A DNA stretch of 64,000 nucleotides, from IMG/VR virus record IMGVR_UViG_3300027733_000030, positions 32,001 through 96,000 of that record; one strand, given 5' to 3'. The notes below the pieces were generated by a model that saw only the letters and a list, made by a program, of their open reading frames with translations, was not told where the DNA came from and did not search any database. The stretch is from a virus. Made by a program: the position numbers and the translations under genes. This document shows, piece by piece, positions 60,501 through 64,000 of the stretch; position 1 is the first letter of the stretch; each line of letters begins with the position of its first letter.

Positions 60501-62372
60501 GTGAGTTTCTGGCAAAACAGATTGAACAAAATTGCCCTTTGTTCGGAATGCTTCAGTTGCAAAGAATGTATGAAGCATATTCATCATTGTTGGATTTTGA
60601 TTAGGACTGACTCCGCTTTGCATCATTTCTATAATTGCATTAGCAAATTCCCTATTTCTAGCTGCAGACCCGCGTGCGTAAGAGGGAAGATGTTCTATAT
60701 TTCTTTCTGCAGCTTGTTCTAACATAGCTTTTACCCTTTTGGGAACTGTACCACTATTAATGGCCCCCTCAAATTCTTGCAGTACAGTTTGAGATCTTTT
60801 TTCCATAGCTTCTATTGTATTAACATCAGCAAAAACTTCTGGGTGGAATGCTGCTGAAACCGGATCCGCATAAACAGCTTCTCTACCAGCGCCCATACCG
60901 CTTAAGTTAAGAATATTAGTTTTACCCGCAAAACCTAATTCGCCCTTAAATCCCATTTTACTAACAATCATTGAATATTTATTTAATTCTTTACCTTCAA
61001 ATTCTGTAACATTAAAAGCAGTTTTGATATCCCCGTACTCCAAGGCGTGACCTCGGCCAGTAACCTGTTCTAATCCACCCTTACTGCCAGCCCTTTTTAC
61101 TTGTCTCTCAATATTTCTTACTTGTTTTAATTCTATTGATAATGCTTCTTTTGCTTCCGCTGTTAAAGTTTTATCTGTTTTTAATTGTTTTTCTATTTGA
61201 TTTGCCCTCACGCCCATAGTTTTTACATAATTATTTAAATATTTGGCATTCAATAAGTCAGACCCGTCATACGCATACTCAATATTATCAAACATGTCTT
61301 TAACAATTTTTTTTCTAGTAGCGTCACCATTGACAAAATGTTTGTCTAGATGTTTCATTAATTGATCACTAGCAAATCTATTGCCAACTTTTCCTGTTGC
61401 ATCATAAGAAAAATTACCCGATTTAATTACCCTCATGAGTTCAACTCTATCGGTTTTATTTAAATTCTTCATTACATTGCCAATAAAATCTTCTGGATCA
61501 GCTTTAGCGTAATATGATCGTAAAGCTTTGGCTTTCGTTGTTTTGCCGCCAAAATCATAAGCTCCACCTAATTCTTTGTGAGCCATTTTTTTCAAAAGTT
61601 CATATTGAGGATCAAGAACTAGCATGGATTGACCAAATTCTGGAGAAGTTTTTTTTATAAAGCTTGCTAAATCGCCTCCTGCTAAAGAAATTTCTCTTTC
61701 AGATGCTAAAGATCTGAATCTTTTTCCAATCTTCATTAATTTATCTGCTAGTTTTGTAGAATCAGCTCCTGCCATTATTTTTCCAAATGTTTCCGGATCT
61801 AACATATCGTGTCCAGTAACTGATAATAATAAATTAGATTGATAACTACTCAGCATTTTGTTTCCAACTCGCATATTGATAACTCGTGCACCTTCGTCAT
61901 CCATGATGGTAATTCCATGCAGGGCGCCACGTTCTCTTAGCGTTTTAATTCTATTAGCAATAGCTTTAGTGCCGCCCTTTTCTGCATGCATTGTGAGAAG
62001 ATCTACTTGCATATCTTTTATCATACTCACGTCAATGCCTGCATTCTGCAGGGTTTGGATTTCGCCAGCGTTAAAACCTTTAGATCTATTTCTAATGTCT
62101 TGCATGATTTGAGCCATACCACTAACCTTATTTCCTAATTTAGGCGTAGTTAATGGATTGACCTGAGTAACGTGCAGAGCTGCTGCAGCGTTAAATGCTC
62201 TTTCAACGCTAGTAAAATTTTCACCAGTGGCGGTTAAAACATATTTAACTTTATCACCATCTGGTTCTATTTTTATGACACCACCCATTCCATAGGTAGT
62301 TCTCATTAATGCTGATCTTCCAGCTGCCATTCTTTCTGGCAGCGTCTGATACATTTTATTAATATTTACCAT
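57555..62372 (-). CDS. 1605-aa virion-module protein with a putative single-subunit two-barrel RNA-polymerase-like core and a C-terminal TM segment
   Basis: YDG(368-370), QVTGR..K450, K476, LGGFDLDD(689-696), RQP(720), LGLYVN(954-959), AID(1000-1002); TM GTLAIGALIAGSLAY. Confidence 0.5.
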   Translation of the reverse strand: MVNINKMYQTLPERMAAGRSALMRTTYGMGGVIKIEPDGDKVKYVLTATGENFTSVERAFNAAAALHVTQVNPLTTPKLGNKVSGMAQIMQDIRNRSKGFNAGEIQTLQNAGIDVSMIKDMQVDLLTMHAEKGGTKAIANRIKTLRERGALHGITIMDDEGARVINMRVGNKMLSSYQSNLLLSVTGHDMLDPETFGKIMAGADSTKLADKLMKIGKRFRSLASEREISLAGGDLASFIKKTSPEFGQSMLVLDPQYELLKKMAHKELGGAYDFGGKTTKAKALRSYYAKADPEDFIGNVMKNLNKTDRVELMRVIKSGNFSYDATGKVGNRFASDQLMKHLDKHFVNGDATRKKIVKDMFDNIEYAYDGSDLLNAKYLNNYVKTMGVRANQIEKQLKTDKTLTAEAKEALSIELKQVRNIERQVKRAGSKGGLEQVTGRGHALEYGDIKTAFNVTEFEGKELNKYSMIVSKMGFKGELGFAGKTNILNLSGMGAGREAVYADPVSAAFHPEVFADVNTIEAMEKRSQTVLQEFEGAINSGTVPKRVKAMLEQAAERNIEHLPSYARGSAARNREFANAIIEMMQSGVSPNQNPTMMNMLHTFFATEAFRTKGNFVQSVLPETHRFAIDSEAGVLGTKEGKMLLNKGRGYDRISMAGVGDIDHDILKFRVSGHKMMFSADAIGPYRHALGGFDLDDKGLPKLLTYQDNAGMNRLGFSIFRQPSGPEELIFARMNMDQETIRGLFGGGEDVFAVRHFRNALDELAADTSLNAQKRRTYTYLQEVLDKTHTEIKKGKVVEKPLSADYFEQGIYDVYQRLEQTGKTKLQRLTPDMQARIAKYGSSALTVADIGVEPAYTRNGVFKAFTKSGAFDMGSDLLDVMKQNNVNPAVLKQLETAKAGTYFVEGKQRQLSQFEHMMHLMEVNGFEKDPTLRAAFASAFEQVGMKKAIEGGDILGLYVNRSMAVGSSLNQYEAFLKGADKKVQDYMLQNYKIGMLSQETAIDLSVNFAGTRKLHGAVGEMLSKTDAIFYKDQGIQKALGELGLAGAGDKGITLDIFGEKSMANLGKMIGYSRAVGGDQENLLGIDEFLLRERVKGSDTKLILDNMITGMQDAQRNQHATTVDLDKLIEELKALSATNDEDKIKKALIEKIGLGADHKYSSISKIHDVGTRYEAYLDSVRRASISRIGADDILASTSTSAEAESVARKILETHKDSLEQIFNVTNNHLKEMTELEKHNHAAMLDSVGEKVLRDIGQASKLENVNMADLVNSIDKQTRGVGSRVDIGGLRHLSSAYDSTMSDEAQQTASQIQRVRDYRRAKFYEGFHQDYANEVQGSLGNKTTMEELTQEAEKRLKAINEAQKRVDNGSKNMFDVIAASHEHTDTLRALTNESEQIADEMVRKDANHQAAVIRAQMKKRELEDSGFIDTEMKNGTIANMEDAIREFGDDHGLTDDMIRSVRELDDGLVKNKAVYKRIGEKMGDLKDLFKNPTIRKGTLAIGALIAGSLAYTAIRDRTHDDMTGPPLLPGGSAYESGYPNRVPQIGTFSGPGYDSGVSYKVNLYGDQDTVRRFNAAAGGLVNGNMSTTMYNRIPDVAHDPYKEMAANY

Positions 62373-64000
62373 TATCTAATCCCTGCTGAAACATCAATAC
62401 TTTGTGAACCAAAAGGATTTATGACTGGAGTAACACTTCCAGAAAATCCAGAACCATTCATTAATCCACGTAACTTATATAGCGTGTCTTGTCTGTCTCC
62501 ACTTTTTCCAAATTGAGGAAAGCTTGGATTAGCTAAATTAGCTTCACGGATCTGTTGAGGATAGTAACCCATCTGAGACATTTCTAGACCCATTGATTCT
62601 CCCGTTTTAATTTTAACTTGATCCATATTTGTATTTGGATGCCAACCTTCCCACGATAAATCGGGAAGTTCATGGCGGGTAAAGTATTCGCCTAAATCTG
62701 GTTTTTTCTCAACATCCATGCCCCAGGATGCCTCATAAATTCTTCTTTCAAGTCGCCCAGCAGTTGAGAGTATTTTACCTCTTTCTGCTTCTGGAGCATT
62801 AATCATTGCTTTAAAGTGTTCCCTTTTTCTTTTAGGTATAGATAGAGATAGTGTATCTAAATCTTTTCCGTAAAGATCAGCTCCATACATTGTTCTTTTT
62901 GCAGCCATATTATATTGCATTGCTGCTTTTCCGTCACCAGAAGCTTTAGCCATAGTCTCTAATCTTTTACTCTTTACATAACTTAAAATGTCAGAATATT
63001 CATCAAGAGCCAATTCTTTTTTTCTCTTCATTGGGATGAATCTGTCACCAGTTACAAGTTCTGATGTTTTTCCGTATGCAGACGCTGCTAGTCCAGTAGT
63101 TACTCCAACTGCTGTTCCCAGTAATTTAGCTTTTGCCGTTCTTCCGAATAAAGATCCAGCTACACCTAATGCGCTGGCTGCGGCTATTGGATTTCTTTGT
63201 GTAGACTTATTGATCATTGGCTTAATATAACTTTCAAATGGTCTTTGCCATTCTGGGAATGTTGCGCCATAAACATTTTTTCTTTCCCAGTCTTCAGTAG
63301 CCGTTCTTTTTCCAATAGCCTTACTTAATACAAAGTTATCTGAGTGAGCTAAATATTCTCCCATTCTTCCTGCACCAAATTTCAATGGATGTTGCCCCAT
63401 TGCTTCAGCAGATGATCCTTTATATTTATAATCTGTAAATTCATTTTTAGTTGTCATACTTTGAACTTGAGATCTTATGTCTGCTACTTGATTTCTTTCA
63501 GCTGGACCCAAATTCATTTTGTCCATTTTTTTGTCTAATATTTTATACTGTTGCGAATACGGTGCAACATCACCTAATATTTTTAGTTGATCTAACATCC
63601 CATATTGCCCAGTGGAGTCTGGATGAAGTCTATTGAATCTTTCATAGCCTACTCCTGGTAATCTTAATTCACCTTCTTGTACTTTCGTAAAAGGATCCCC
63701 TCTAGTGAAATCTGTAAAATATTCAGATCCAGGAAGAAAAGGATACTTTTCACCCATAGTATTTTTAATTGGGTTTAAATAGTCAATGTTAGTTCTTTCT
63801 TTCGGAATAAATCGCCTAACAATTTCCGAAAATTCAAAGTTGCCAACTCCCTCTTTATTTCCCAGTGGTGCATCTCCTAGTCCACCAAGATTAAGATCCC
63901 AGAATGCCCTAGTTGTTCCGTACGCTTTGGATGCTGACTGCAGAACGGATCTTTGTGGTTGGAAATCTGCTTGTCCAAACCCTAATTTCTTTCTTGCATT
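62372..64000 (-). CDS. C-terminal part of a large tape-measure-like protein (5' end outside the window)
   Basis: Frame stays open for 81 codons upstream of the track's ATG, to the window edge; Ala/Gly-rich hydrophobic segment; RLPGVGYE motif. Confidence 0.65.
   Translation of the reverse strand, partial: NARKKLGFGQADFQPQRSVLQSASKAYGTTRAFWDLNLGGLGDAPLGNKEGVGNFEFSEIVRRFIPKERTNIDYLNPIKNTMGEKYPFLPGSEYFTDFTRGDPFTKVQEGELRLPGVGYERFNRLHPDSTGQYGMLDQLKILGDVAPYSQQYKILDKKMDKMNLGPAERNQVADIRSQVQSMTTKNEFTDYKYKGSSAEAMGQHPLKFGAGRMGEYLAHSDNFVLSKAIGKRTATEDWERKNVYGATFPEWQRPFESYIKPMINKSTQRNPIAAASALGVAGSLFGRTAKAKLLGTAVGVTTGLAASAYGKTSELVTGDRFIPMKRKKELALDEYSDILSYVKSKRLETMAKASGDGKAAMQYNMAAKRTMYGADLYGKDLDTLSLSIPKRKREHFKAMINAPEAERGKILSTAGRLERRIYEASWGMDVEKKPDLGEYFTRHELPDLSWEGWHPNTNMDQVKIKTGESMGLEMSQMGYYPQQIREANLANPSFPQFGKSGDRQDTLYKLRGLMNGSGFSGSVTPVINPFGSQSIDVSAGIR

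Noticed and set aside
1-64000. Stop-codon reassignment, tRNA or rRNA genes
   Set aside because: Very long ORFs are intact in code 11, with TAA, TAG and TGA all ending genes; intergenic gaps are short and show no cloverleaf by eye (tRNAscan not run)

Overview
A 64-kb segment of a large (probably jumbo) AT-rich dsDNA myovirus, with almost every gene on the minus strand and no sign of stop-codon recoding. Reading the minus strand (right to left), there are three blocks. (1) Virion/tail module, ~64000-19600: the 3' end of a tape-measure-like gene; a 1605-aa protein with the motif series of a single-subunit two-barrel RNA polymerase but an atypical metal-binding loop; a 3662-aa baseplate hub with a C-terminal staphylococcal-nuclease domain; a dual peptidoglycan hydrolase; split spike-like genes; gp25-like and baseplate-J-like wedge genes; a 2054-aa wedge protein with nested module duplications; and a paralogous set of large baseplate/fibre proteins. 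(2) A small holin/membrane cassette, ~19600-19100. (3) Replication and nucleotide-metabolism module, ~19000-370: class II RNR, ThyX, dCMP deaminase, three glycosyltransferases, thermonuclease, DenV-like glycosylase, NDT-like enzyme, DnaB, HD hydrolase, AEP/PriL-like primase, DnaE and two RecB/Cas4-like nucleases. One small, very acidic plus-strand gene has its own promoter and terminator. Several gene families and apparently leaderless promoters point to an actinobacterial host (inference). All family calls come from motif recognition by eye; no database search was run.
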